Positions 30,301-36,719 of a stretch of 64,000 nt of DNA are shown piece by piece. Position numbers and translations under genes: made by a program. This DNA comes from an uncultured Candidatus Saccharibacteria bacterium (lineage in GTDB: Bacteria > Patescibacteriota > Dojkabacteria > CAZCSM01): NCBI GenBank assembly GCA_964501355.1, contig CAZCSM010000007.1, positions 1,096-65,095 on the forward strand, given 5' to 3'. Position 1 is the first letter of the stretch. Every line of letters begins with the position of its first letter. Below the pieces are notes generated by a model that saw only the letters and a list, made by a program, of their open reading frames with translations, did not search any database and was not told the DNA's origin.

Positions 30301-33120
30301 AGGAGAATGAATGCCTTTATTTTCAAAATATATTGTTCCTGGAGATCCATAATATGCTCCACCAGAAAACTCTCCACCACCATAAGCCTGTATATTTGTT
30401 GGAAATGAACCTCCACTCAACACCTCGTATTTTATTGAAACACGCCCTCCAGAACCGCCTCCACGCCCAGCTCTACCGTTTCCACCATTAGCCTTAATGT
30501 ATCCGTCGCCAGAAAAAACACTGGTATTTATTAAAACGCTTCCTCCTGTTGCCCCCCCTCTGTTATTCAATGTACCAGAATCGTTCAAACCATTTGCTGA
30601 TATTGTACCGTTGACACTTGTCGTTCCAGTTATTTCTAATTTAATAGCCCCACCACCGCTTACACCGGTTGTTGCACCACCACTACCAAGTGAAGTTGGA
30701 GATAAAACATCTCCATATGACGACCCATCGCCAATAATCGCTCCATATCCATATCCCCCGTAACTTGATCCCCCAGATTTATAACCCGGCCCCTTAGTTG
30801 AGAGGTAGCCTTGTCCATCAGCACTTACAAAAGCCCCTGTTTCAACAGTCAAATTATCAGCTAAAACAGTTACTCCAAAATCATTGTCATAAATACCGTC
30901 GTTGTTGTTGTATGACTCCAATGTCAAGGTTTTCCCTGTTTTAACAACTATTGATATGCCTCTACAATCAATTATTCCAGCATTTACTGGAGTTGCCGAC
31001 CATGTTGTATTCGTATCAATTATTCCATCCGCATCAGGACAAGATCCAAAGGATTCTACAACAGCTAAGGTATTAGAATACCCTTCAACCAAATCTTCAT
31101 CTACACCCTTAATTTTGATACCTTCTATTGTATCATACGTTGCATTATCAATAGTTATAGTACCATTAATAAGTGTTGCTGTAGGATTAGTACATTCTGC
31201 ACCAACACAAAATATACCCGTTCCTGGTAATCCTATATCAGAAGCCAAGACCGCTGACAAATCAATAATTTCATTATTCACTAAAACTAAATTATCAAAT
31301 GAGTCTCGAGCATTAACAGTAATTATAAATTCTTGACCAATAAATACAGCATTCGGAACAATTATTTCATAATACGAAGTATGATCAGATGCAGCGGATG
31401 CCGTAAAAATCATAGGTGAACCCGAAAGACCGCTTCTTGTTGCACTTGCAGTATTATTGTTAATTCCAGCTGTTGGACCAAGGGTTAGAATTGTGGAAAC
31501 AAGCCCAAAACGATTAGAACGTACTAACCCGACATCGGTTGACCCACCCCCTAAAACTGCCGCCCACGTAACATCATGATAATAGACCGGAATTCCAGCG
31601 ACATCTGTCACCATTGCAACAAATGGTTCTGTGAGAGGGTTTAAAACTGTACCTGTTTGATTATCGCCCGATATTTTAATCAACTGTGTGGGCACATCAG
31701 ATATCATGAAATCTGCATCAGTTTCTACGTTTTCTCCGAATGAGACCCATTCACTCACCGCACCAGCTTCATCACGAACGCGAACCTGCCAATGGTAACG
31801 CTTACTTTTAGGCAAATTCTCTATCAGCCATGTAATTGGAACCTCTACTCCTGCATACGCAATTTGTGCACCAGTATGTGTAGGCGCATTTATAAAAGGA
31901 GTATTTATTTCCTGAATTTCAATTTGTGGGTAAAGAATGTCTGTTCCATCTACATCCGATACATTCATTCGAAACTGGATATCATCACTTCGTGTAGACT
32001 CTCCGACATTAAGCTTGTTTGTTACATAAACACCGTCAATTAGTTCTCTATAAGCATATTGCTCAAGAGCAGTCGGAACATTTGGATAACAAGTAGGACC
32101 GATTAAAGTTCCTTCTTGACCATTTTGCAAACCACCAATACCGCCCGATACCACAGCAGAAAGTGTCCCAACTGCAATATTATTACTTTGTGTACAAAGC
32201 AATACAACCCTTCCACCGCCGCCGCCGCCGCCACGAACTCCTGCATCAATAGCATCTCCACCAATTGCAGAAACGTCACCACCTGCACCAGACAAAATTC
32301 TCGCATCTACCCAAACAGTACCACCCGAACCGCCACCACCTGAAGCTCCAAACAAAACCTCTTCAGAGGGAAGACCGTTTGCGTTAATAGAACCATTTAT
32401 TGTAACTTCCCCCGTTGTTGCATCGAGACAATCTGTTTTCTCCGTACCAGTAAGGGTATTACACGTTGAATCGATTTTCAAGAAACCTCCACCTGCACCA
32501 CCAACTGCTCCAGTACCGGCACTCCCTCCACCACTCCCCAAATAATTGGGAAGTAAACTATCCCCATACACATCACCCCCAGCACCTCCCAGTTCTACAC
32601 CCGAAGGAGACCCCTCACCTCCTGCACCTCCATAACCACCTCCACCTCCACCAGAAAGAACCGCTCCATCTCCACCCGCTCCTGCTCCTCTAGAAATAGA
32701 ATACCCCGTACCATCAGCGTTTATAACCGCACCTACCTCCAAATCCAAGCTTCCGACCAACCAAGTAACACCGTAATCATTTTCCCAATTATCATCACCA
32801 TTATCATAACCTTGAATAGTTATTGTAACACCTGTATCGACAACGATATGGGTCATAGAACAGTCAACAACACCACCCGTTGATATAAAAGATGCAGCAT
32901 TGAGTGTAACACTTTCACCTATCGTTAACGTACTTCCAGCATAATTACCCAATGATGCAGGACAACTATCCGCCGCTCGAAGTCCGAACAATGTTTTCCA
33001 ATCAATAGTGAAGATTAATATAATAATAAGAAATGCAGCAAGTATAACGCCAGCATATCTGAACGCTTTAATATTACGCTGAATAAATTCCTTCCATTTT
33101 GCAAGGTTCTCTCGAGTCAT
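21385..33120 (-). CDS. Giant (3911 aa) secreted/surface adhesin-like protein.
   Basis: N-terminal signal anchor. About 8 units of ~370 aa containing xDxWxNDYGVxL...NGxGYG plus a 'GGGAI(K/E/D)L...NGxISANG' motif, resembling Pmp-type beta-helix repeats. Gly-rich stretches. A LamG/concanavalin-like domain. A bacterial Ig (Big) domain. 4 tandem FN3-like domains. Two copies of a YHW(Q/R)xRVRDxxGxxSEWVSFG domain. C-terminal LPETGDEE, a TM segment, and a double CarbopepD_reg module homologous to the C-terminus of the 12860 ORF. Confidence 0.8.
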   Translation of the reverse strand: MTRENLAKWKEFIQRNIKAFRYAGVILAAFLIIILIFTIDWKTLFGLRAADSCPASLGNYAGSTLTIGESVTLNAASFISTGGVVDCSMTHIVVDTGVTITIQGYDNGDDNWENDYGVTWLVGSLDLEVGAVINADGTGYSISRGAGAGGDGAVLSGGGGGGYGGAGGEGSPSGVELGGAGGDVYGDSLLPNYLGSGGGSAGTGAVGGAGGGFLKIDSTCNTLTGTEKTDCLDATTGEVTINGSINANGLPSEEVLFGASGGGGSGGTVWVDARILSGAGGDVSAIGGDAIDAGVRGGGGGGGRVVLLCTQSNNIAVGTLSAVVSGGIGGLQNGQEGTLIGPTCYPNVPTALEQYAYRELIDGVYVTNKLNVGESTRSDDIQFRMNVSDVDGTDILYPQIEIQEINTPFINAPTHTGAQIAYAGVEVPITWLIENLPKSKRYHWQVRVRDEAGAVSEWVSFGENVETDADFMISDVPTQLIKISGDNQTGTVLNPLTEPFVAMVTDVAGIPVYYHDVTWAAVLGGGSTDVGLVRSNRFGLVSTILTLGPTAGINNNTASATRSGLSGSPMIFTASAASDHTSYYEIIVPNAVFIGQEFIITVNARDSFDNLVLVNNEIIDLSAVLASDIGLPGTGIFCVGAECTNPTATLINGTITIDNATYDTIEGIKIKGVDEDLVEGYSNTLAVVESFGSCPDADGIIDTNTTWSATPVNAGIIDCRGISIVVKTGKTLTLESYNNNDGIYDNDFGVTVLADNLTVETGAFVSADGQGYLSTKGPGYKSGGSSYGGYGYGAIIGDGSSYGDVLSPTSLGSGGATTGVSGGGAIKLEITGTTSVNGTISANGLNDSGTLNNRGGATGGSVLINTSVFSGDGYIKANGGNGRAGRGGGSGGRVSIKYEVLSGGSFPTNIQAYGGGEFSGGAYYGSPGTIYFENKGIHSPGQGKLIVDAASRVCLVGGNNCEKSATITAGIYNFSSIDTKRNGHVEFLGSGSSLSIANNSTIIGDGTTKILVRGSFNYLGIDTFTVNNVDLQWFGSLSGVSNVDVGAVATARLGLHANNWGTGGQYIFETFRVRGGSFVDFYGYDNANDVWTDDYGVTLEAKTITVDENATFNANGLGYGTGRGAGRGTTGASYGGYGSYYQNGVYGSVFSPSDLGSSSTLANSRGGGAIKLIAKDTYGTGSLSLSGMITSNGLLRGSGGSVYIDAELLELSSSALIVANGSGTSSYYGTADGGGGRIAIYYDNLIGLSMSDTNVQNFIRSYGGDYGDDKVSSAGAGTVYIEDRAIDNPSQGKLYVDNNDIVHYKGADTFDEARYLLKSNYAGVLSGDYNFSKIKLSRGGHVRFIGSTSSLTITDSSVLSGDASSPGLLVDGSFINLLPDTLNVNGVNLIVGGSLSGVTNLRIGNSVTGAVTLLSGTWAYGTTSQYVFGDIEVFGGSSLFIRSYESGDTLDSRDETNDYVVPLVAENITVLSGGFIDANELGYGRVRTSEKGPGYKSYAGATYGGYGESNTIDPFGSIYEPLLLGSGGSNCSGAGARGGNGGAGGGAIEITVNGSLTLLGTITSNGGGYYRTSAIGCEDRAGSGGSIFLRAQNLVGDGIIQANGKNPGTGSDGDGAGGRIAVYYVNNMGFPLSTSNIYARGTNESGPGTVYIEQLSSLSSSPSYNGDLFVDNNAVQGLSAGVPEGNYSFGSVNLTGYGDVIFFGETSILTINSGDGFQGDLTVPFAKIDGTLTYTGEGALGIESVDLGINGDIAGVSDIDIGLLSPSGMTLYAKTWARGMDNPYSFENLHIGPQGTLRCISYNSMDTDWENDFGVHLSVSDLTIDSGGSLHANGMGYGYGARFPLNSSYCGPGFTDLRAGGSYGGFSESYRDGGISTRYWPYKGGQIYGSVFRPSHLGSCGSSASTSLIGGSGGGAIDLTVDNTLTLNGVISSNGDNMYGGTSSSGGGSGGSVHIKVKDLISLGNGIISANGGTVAYSGSGGRVALYYEQNYGFLVDREHIMARGNNAGPGTVYVEQVSYFTEASENGDLYIDNGGVSGYEAGLIEDEYKFNTVNLSRYGDLVILGTNSILEIDSSSEISGDSTIPSLQIDGTLLSGNDLFVADGIHLILNGQYTGVEDLTLGSTYSGALTLIPNTWARGYEDKYEFRNLTMNLSSIIFFESHISDDDVWDNDYSAELSVANLQVSEGSIITADGNGYGRYREPQGPGWPSGTTNYGGGTYGGHGQAQSKTLTYGDLYSPKDLGSAGNDCSGIAWTYMIGGAGGGGVNIDVIDTLLINGIISANGGAGVRTGAGEECLNWGGGSGGSVLINAGTISGTGLIKANGYEGSSAQYDGGGGRVAIYYSENNGFDFGNDRVQSYGYLGGPGTIFIKQSEQQYGDLYLNNGNVIGAEGTDFFAGTYNFDNVFISQNVRARMFGDTSKLPSGLVYPELPEVDREIVADTYTTLLLHFNETEDNLCIVEELDPFDACDASVNLNHANSFGSTIVDGKYGKARKTDLLQKLEISPLNLGSTYSISAWSNFPLNTGTYGGYRILLADNTDLTSHHIVVNSNGLLGILNGGFYSSGYNVNTLTGWNHIGAVSNSGQTNFYVNGELVGTSLSQVTAPIQFLGNGGRVDRNYSWGTFDEIVVYNRALTQTEMRALFYGMPFAEYQQYLDDYDNAYNERTGGGVSFNVLDSFDLGEGSVIDGKGLGFPANDGPGVGSTGAIAGGGQGSGGGGGAYGGNGGLGASDGINGTTAGGLSYGDALRPLSLGSGGGTSGAGASGGAGGSAFSIFALSGAVNILGAIDMSGTNGRISSPGGGGGAGGSVFIKAGTVNFSSAGSISVDGGNGGDDIFDGGGGGGGRISILYGSDYVNLGLISRSGGSGYQSGQMGTALGPFGYPNNPEFLKQLLPESFEPIPIGGTAPSSVVLELTATDPNNPDILTPQFEVRPVGVDFTGTPTHTGVATNFTGTPIVIRTPITDLVNNTQYHWRARVRDDSGVFSEWVSFGGNPETSPDFIVTQMTKLVLTPSVNTINAGGFLSVQVHAEDDYGRVDTAYRGNVTFSSSDSAAVLPSDYTFVADDMGTKNFTNGVQLKTVGNRAITIIDSLNSSLTDTKNIDVLQSADDVIPLINLIPSIINNDGVASSVIEVTLLDSFDNPVIGTFVTLNATGTGNNLIQPIEATDENGKAFGRISSTVAENKVITVILNGDPQEASAILQVRDMVVPRIRNIQVTNITQTSAVISWETNEPTTGQVSYGVTSSYGNATDYINELSTTHSVTLTGLTAETLYHFQILARDASLNEVTSSDQTFTTLGYDLMITSLNISNVSTNSAIVSWTTNISASAILEYGTTTSYGQSAVISSVALNHTQTLNNLSIDTQYYIRVTAISGNLQDVETSNFSTLSSANAVQIINIKVSNITSNSAIVTFGTTKPASIVLNYGETIAYGFELTSSDYKETHSYLLENLISDTAYHFQIIASDQDGYRTRSADQMFRTLAEIPMVCAISDVLHERSSEKYLDVSWKTSCTDMICLVDYGETVAYGELVENIKPKVKAEYLQPLDISNLDDSEIHYRIICRKDEMQAKTRDYLYTNLLELPETGDEESFDWLDFIARVLIPALTTSGLLLQGLGFLSKVGGFPKLPQLWGAIFDKERKKQGWGIVFDIDKKAPIPFAIVRLYKAETNEMVEEVVTDLEGRYRFLAPEGKYTIGVEHADFVLPQASEDVMKGYDLTGKYLGGEIEVRDDFAVAYDIPLLPKAIADKDDKYHNFKDKFKVFMNKIGLWINVVGGVLMILGIIFAPTIWNFVLLGLNILILLIVAYITNVLSKNWGHVFELPMGDKVEGVFVRLFDLSDNKLINSQITDDKGRYGFLAEEGEYAVFVESPYYKQEEELKFTVEKKEKILKKNIGVSKVTDLPEELENMDTPFGM

Positions 33121-33531
33121 TGAGCAAGTTTCGAATAGATATTATCACCCAACATTAAGGTATCAAGAAGAGAGACAGGAGTCAATTAATACATCGACGA
33201 AAATCGTTAACAATGGTGCCAATGTAGTAACAATATTGTATCAATGTTGTAGCAATGTCGCTCTCGCAACATTGTTTCCATATTGTTAAAACATAGACGA
33301 AACATCGACAAAACATAGTAAAACAAGTTTTAAAGAACTTAGAAAAGATTGTGTTACTATATCGGCAAAAACAAACAACTTGATTAGATATTTATCTAAA
33401 ACTTTATGACTACGTTTCAACAATGTTTGAACTATGTTTAATCAACGTTTCAACAATAAAAAATAATTTTGAATTGTCATAGTTCAACAAGCTCACCACA
33501 AGTTTTGAAATTTGATTTTTGCATTTTGATT
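33121..33531. promoter_or_regulatory. 410-bp upstream region of the giant gene, rich in short direct and inverted repeats (AAACATCGAC, CAATGT, AACAATGTT).
   Basis: Read directly from the sequence: catcgacgaaaatcg, acatagacgaaacatcgacaaaacatag, ccaatgtag/tcaatgttg/gcaatgtcg, caacattgttt, caacaatgtttgaactatgtttaatcaacgtttcaacaat. Confidence 0.35.
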
Positions 33532-34077
33532 TTAGAGACTCAGGGTCTCTTGAATTCCCTGCAACGCTTCGATCATTAACGCCAAGTGATCTGACATTTC
33601 TACACCAAGTTCATCAATTCCAACTTGCATTCTTTCTCTATCCATCTTCGCAGCGAATGATTTATCCTTTATTTTCTTGTTTACAGATTTCGGTTTCATT
33701 CCACCTAGCTTTTCGGGGCGAACAAGTGCAGCCGCAATTATTATTCCAGAAATCGAATCAACTGCATGAAGAGCTTTGTCAATTAATTCTTCTCGAACAC
33801 CTGCCGGCTTGCCATGATTTTCAATTGCTCGAATAACATCTTCCGGCAAATCTTTTGCTGATAACCATTCTCGAACTCGGAATGATGGATGTTCTTCTGG
33901 AAATTCTCCGTAATCGATATCGTGAAGAAGACCAGCAAGGCCCCAAGTTTCTATATCTTCGCCCAATTTTGCAGCATACGATCTCATTCCTGCCTCTACC
34001 GCATAAGAGTGTTGAAGTAAGTTTTCTGCAGTTACATGTTCTTTGAGTAAAGATAAAGCTTCGTCTCGTATGATCAT
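33532..34077 (-). CDS. HD-domain phosphohydrolase.
   Basis: HD motif region LAGLLHDIDYGEFPEEH in a 181-aa protein. Confidence 0.7.
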   Translation of the reverse strand: MIIRDEALSLLKEHVTAENLLQHSYAVEAGMRSYAAKLGEDIETWGLAGLLHDIDYGEFPEEHPSFRVREWLSAKDLPEDVIRAIENHGKPAGVREELIDKALHAVDSISGIIIAAALVRPEKLGGMKPKSVNKKIKDKSFAAKMDRERMQVGIDELGVEMSDHLALMIEALQGIQETLSL

Positions 34078-34170
34078 TTTTATAATGCTTAATTAGAAAT
34101 GATTAATGTTAATTATAAAATAAACTGACAAGGGTGTCATTCCCGATTTAATCGAGAATCTATAACAACG

Positions 34171-35085
34171 TTAATCAAACCATTCTTCTAAAATCTTCTG
34201 ATGCAACACAATACGACCCTTGTTAAAATCATTTAACTCTTCCGAGTACCAAGTCAAATAATCAACCACTTGGCTATAAAAATAAATCTCCTCACGAGCT
34301 TTTCCTTCCTCGGACATTTGAAGAAAATTATTATAATAATCTAAAGAACTATTAGGTAACTCAAAGTGACGAATAAATAATCGAACTCGTGCGAAATCAT
34401 ATAGTGAATCTCCGAACATTGCTTCACTCCAATCAACAATCCCTGTAATTTCTTTTGTATCCGGATTTACAAATAAGTTCCGTTGATTGAAATCCGTATG
34501 CAAAAAAGAAAAATTATTACTTGGCAAATCTGTCTGATTTATTAGTCTGACTAATTTTTCAATCGACTCATGAATCAACTCTGGATTTAGACCATCCCGT
34601 TTTAATGTTTCTTCCCAATTAAACCAACGATGTTTTCCGGAATATTTGAAAAGTAAAATTTCCTTCCAACTTCTTCCCTCATCAAGATCATTTAGCAAGC
34701 CCGCCGAACTTGACTTTATTTGATGAATCTTCCTTAAATTTTCTAACATCGACGGTATGTAGAAAGAATATGAACCCTTATCAATACTATCTAATAGCGG
34801 GAACATTATTCTTTCAGTCACAGTTATGATGTGAGTATCAATCTCAAATTCTCCTACCATTTCGGCAACAGGAATATCAAGGCCACTATCCTTAATTAAT
34901 TTATAAGCAAGCACATCATTAATTTCATCATTTCCAACCTTTATCGCATATTCGCGCCCATTTTCTGTATTCACGAAAAAGACGGTACTGTCCATACCTT
35001 GCGGAGGAATACTCGTTGAAGTGATTTTGGTAGAAAGAATAGTTTCTACTTTTCTGATAATTTGATTTTGTAAATTTTTGTCCAC
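34171..35085 (-). CDS. Phosphotransferase-family kinase (APH / choline-ethanolamine kinase fold).
   Basis: Brenner motif FLHTDFNQRNLFVNP and metal-binding IVDWSEAMFGD. Confidence 0.7.
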   Translation of the reverse strand: MDKNLQNQIIRKVETILSTKITSTSIPPQGMDSTVFFVNTENGREYAIKVGNDEINDVLAYKLIKDSGLDIPVAEMVGEFEIDTHIITVTERIMFPLLDSIDKGSYSFYIPSMLENLRKIHQIKSSSAGLLNDLDEGRSWKEILLFKYSGKHRWFNWEETLKRDGLNPELIHESIEKLVRLINQTDLPSNNFSFLHTDFNQRNLFVNPDTKEITGIVDWSEAMFGDSLYDFARVRLFIRHFELPNSSLDYYNNFLQMSEEGKAREEIYFYSQVVDYLTWYSEELNDFNKGRIVLHQKILEEWFD

Positions 35086-35097
35086 TTTCTATTTATT

Positions 35098-35232
35098 TTT
35101 TATCTGTATTCGGTTGATTAGTCGTTGAAGTCCGAAACGATAGCAGCCGGTTGCTATTTGTAAAAGGTTGATACTGGAAGGCGTGCTATTGTTTCGGAAA
35201 TTTTGGTTACTTTTGTTTGCAAAAGTAACATA
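35098..35232. repeat. ~135-bp structured intergenic repeat, type A, copy 1.
   Basis: Shares tgtattcggttg...gaagtc[ct]gaaac...ggttgctat...gtttc[ag]g...ttttggttacttttgtttgcaaaagtaaca with the copies at 39379, 58373 and 59400. Confidence 0.6.
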
Positions 35233-35252
35233 AAATTATTTAAAAAACTTTT

Positions 35253-36074
35253 CTACAACCTCTCCAAAAACACCTTCGGCGATTGCAGAAAGTCTTTCAT
35301 TAACTGCACACTTTCAATGTCTTCGTATTTTATCAAGTTGAGCACTCCCTCCCTAATTTCATAGATCTCCGCATCAGGAAACGCCATCAACATCGGAGAA
35401 TGAGTTGCAATAATAAATTGTGCTCCAGTTTCAACTTGTTCTTTTATCATTGAAATAAGCGACATTTGTCTAATCGGAGAAAGTGGAACTTCAGGCTCAT
35501 CTAAAATATATAATCCTTCAGGAACAAATCTTTGAGAAAATAAATTCAGAAAGCTTTCGCCATGGGAAAAAGCATCCGGATTTTCACCATATCTTTTTTC
35601 CAGATTGTTAATCTGATTTTGCATTGCACTTGTTGAAAGGAGTTTCCCATAACCTGTGTATTTTTCAGAAAATTCTTGTTTCTGTTTTCTGAGTTCAATT
35701 TGATTTCTTGCAATTTGCCTTTGGAAACCAAAGAAGTCTTCTGCTCGCATGAAAAAACCTCGATGATTTCGGATACTCCAAGTTAGTTGAAGATTCTTTG
35801 CCAATCGACGTGCAGGTTCCAAGGTTTCGTCTTTCGTAGAATTGTCAACACCAATAATCGGAAGATCAGTTGCAACAGCAAGTGCTTCGAGAAGAGTTGA
35901 TTTTCCGGAACCATTTTCACCAACGAAAATAGTAACAGGTTTGGTAAATCGAAGTTCCTCAAGATTTCTAATCAAATCAAGAAAAAACGGATAATCCGTT
36001 TCTTCAATTTTTGATTTTAGTTTAAAAGATTGAAGCTGCATAAATTCAAAATTAAAACCATTAGTGTATGTCAT
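35253..36074 (-). CDS. Small ABC-type / AAA_21-like ATPase (predicted ATPase, COG3910-like). Start revised to MTYTNGF...
   Basis: Walker A VGENGSGKSTLLEAL; signature-like HGESFLNLF; Walker B LYILDEPEVPLSP; H-loop IIATHSP. The first 12 codons of the listed ORF (MYGARLRVKPAM) are encoded by a REP hairpin at 36070-36097, so the ATG at 36074 is the more plausible start. Confidence 0.65.
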   Translation of the reverse strand: MTYTNGFNFEFMQLQSFKLKSKIEETDYPFFLDLIRNLEELRFTKPVTIFVGENGSGKSTLLEALAVATDLPIIGVDNSTKDETLEPARRLAKNLQLTWSIRNHRGFFMRAEDFFGFQRQIARNQIELRKQKQEFSEKYTGYGKLLSTSAMQNQINNLEKRYGENPDAFSHGESFLNLFSQRFVPEGLYILDEPEVPLSPIRQMSLISMIKEQVETGAQFIIATHSPMLMAFPDAEIYEIREGVLNLIKYEDIESVQLMKDFLQSPKVFLERL

Positions 36075-36097
36075 TGCGGGCTTGACCCGCAATCTCG
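36070..36097. repeat. REP-like hairpin unit (GTCATTGCGGGCTTGACCCGCAATCTCG) between the GIY-YIG and ATPase genes.
   Basis: Same family as the units at 36520-36599. The stem is gcgggcttgacccgc. Confidence 0.5.
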
Positions 36098-36106
36098 CAC
36101 CGTACA

Positions 36107-36382
36107 TCAAAATAAATCTTCACCCAAATCCCGGAACTTCGGATTCGTCTCTCTAATTAAATCAATTTTCCATTCCCTCCTCCATTTCTTAATTCTCTTC
36201 TCTGCATCAATTGCATTGTTAATATTTGAGAAGGTATCGTAATATAGTAGCTTCTTCACATTATACCTTTTCGTAAAACCTTCAAAGTCTCCCGATTTAT
36301 GCTGATTAATTCTTTTTGTGAGATCGCTTGTTACACCAGTATAAAAAAACCGTATGCAATTTATTTGAAAGAATGTAAACAT
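36107..36382 (-). CDS. GIY-YIG nuclease family protein (UPF0213/YhbQ-like).
   Basis: FTFFQI...FFYTGVTSDLTKRINQHKSG...KKWRREWKIDLI matches GIY-x10-YIG plus the conserved R, H and KKW elements of small GIY-YIG proteins. Confidence 0.7.
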   Translation of the reverse strand: MFTFFQINCIRFFYTGVTSDLTKRINQHKSGDFEGFTKRYNVKKLLYYDTFSNINNAIDAEKRIKKWRREWKIDLIRETNPKFRDLGEDLF

Positions 36383-36426
36383 AGTAATCTTTCATTCTAC
36401 AAAGCGATAAAACAGAAAGCTTTTCT

Positions 36427-36599
36427 GTGTCACCCCGCACAGGACGAAGTCTGTGATGCGGGGTCTCGCACTTCACACCTAACTAACAGTTAATACAAAA
36501 AATCAGTAAACAATATACTCCGAGATCGCGGGTCAAGCCCGCGATGACATCACGACAGTCTTTTATTTCTGTCATCCCGCGCTTGACGCGGGATCTCGG
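36427..36599. repeat. Three REP-like hairpin units: 36427-36468, and an inverted pair at 36520-36547 / 36570-36599.
   Basis: gtgtcaccccgcacaggacgaagtctgtgatgcggggtctcg; and ccgagatcgcgggtcaagcccgcgatgaca ... tgtcatcccgcgcttgacgcgggatctcgg, two units in opposite orientation in a BIME-like arrangement. Confidence 0.6.
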
Positions 36600-36719
36600 A
36601 CGACCGAACTAGCTAATTAAACAATTTTGAAAACTCATCCCAAGAAACATCAACCCCTATCTTCTGCAAGAGAAAGAAAAGAATTTGCAATACCAATATT
36701 CCAACATCTGCTTTTGAAA

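Noticed and set aside
21608-32693. Numerous 60-140-aa ORFs on both strands inside the 11.7-kb giant gene, and similar ones inside 12860-21312.
   Set aside because: They are out-of-frame or antisense readings of a highly repetitive, Gly/Ser/Thr-rich coding sequence. They show no independent signals.
36107-36110. Translational coupling (ATGA overlap) between the GIY-YIG and ATPase genes, implied by the ORF track.
   Set aside because: The first 12 codons of the ATPase ORF are encoded by a REP hairpin (36070-36097). The likely start is the ATG at 36074, which leaves a 32-bp gap containing the hairpin.
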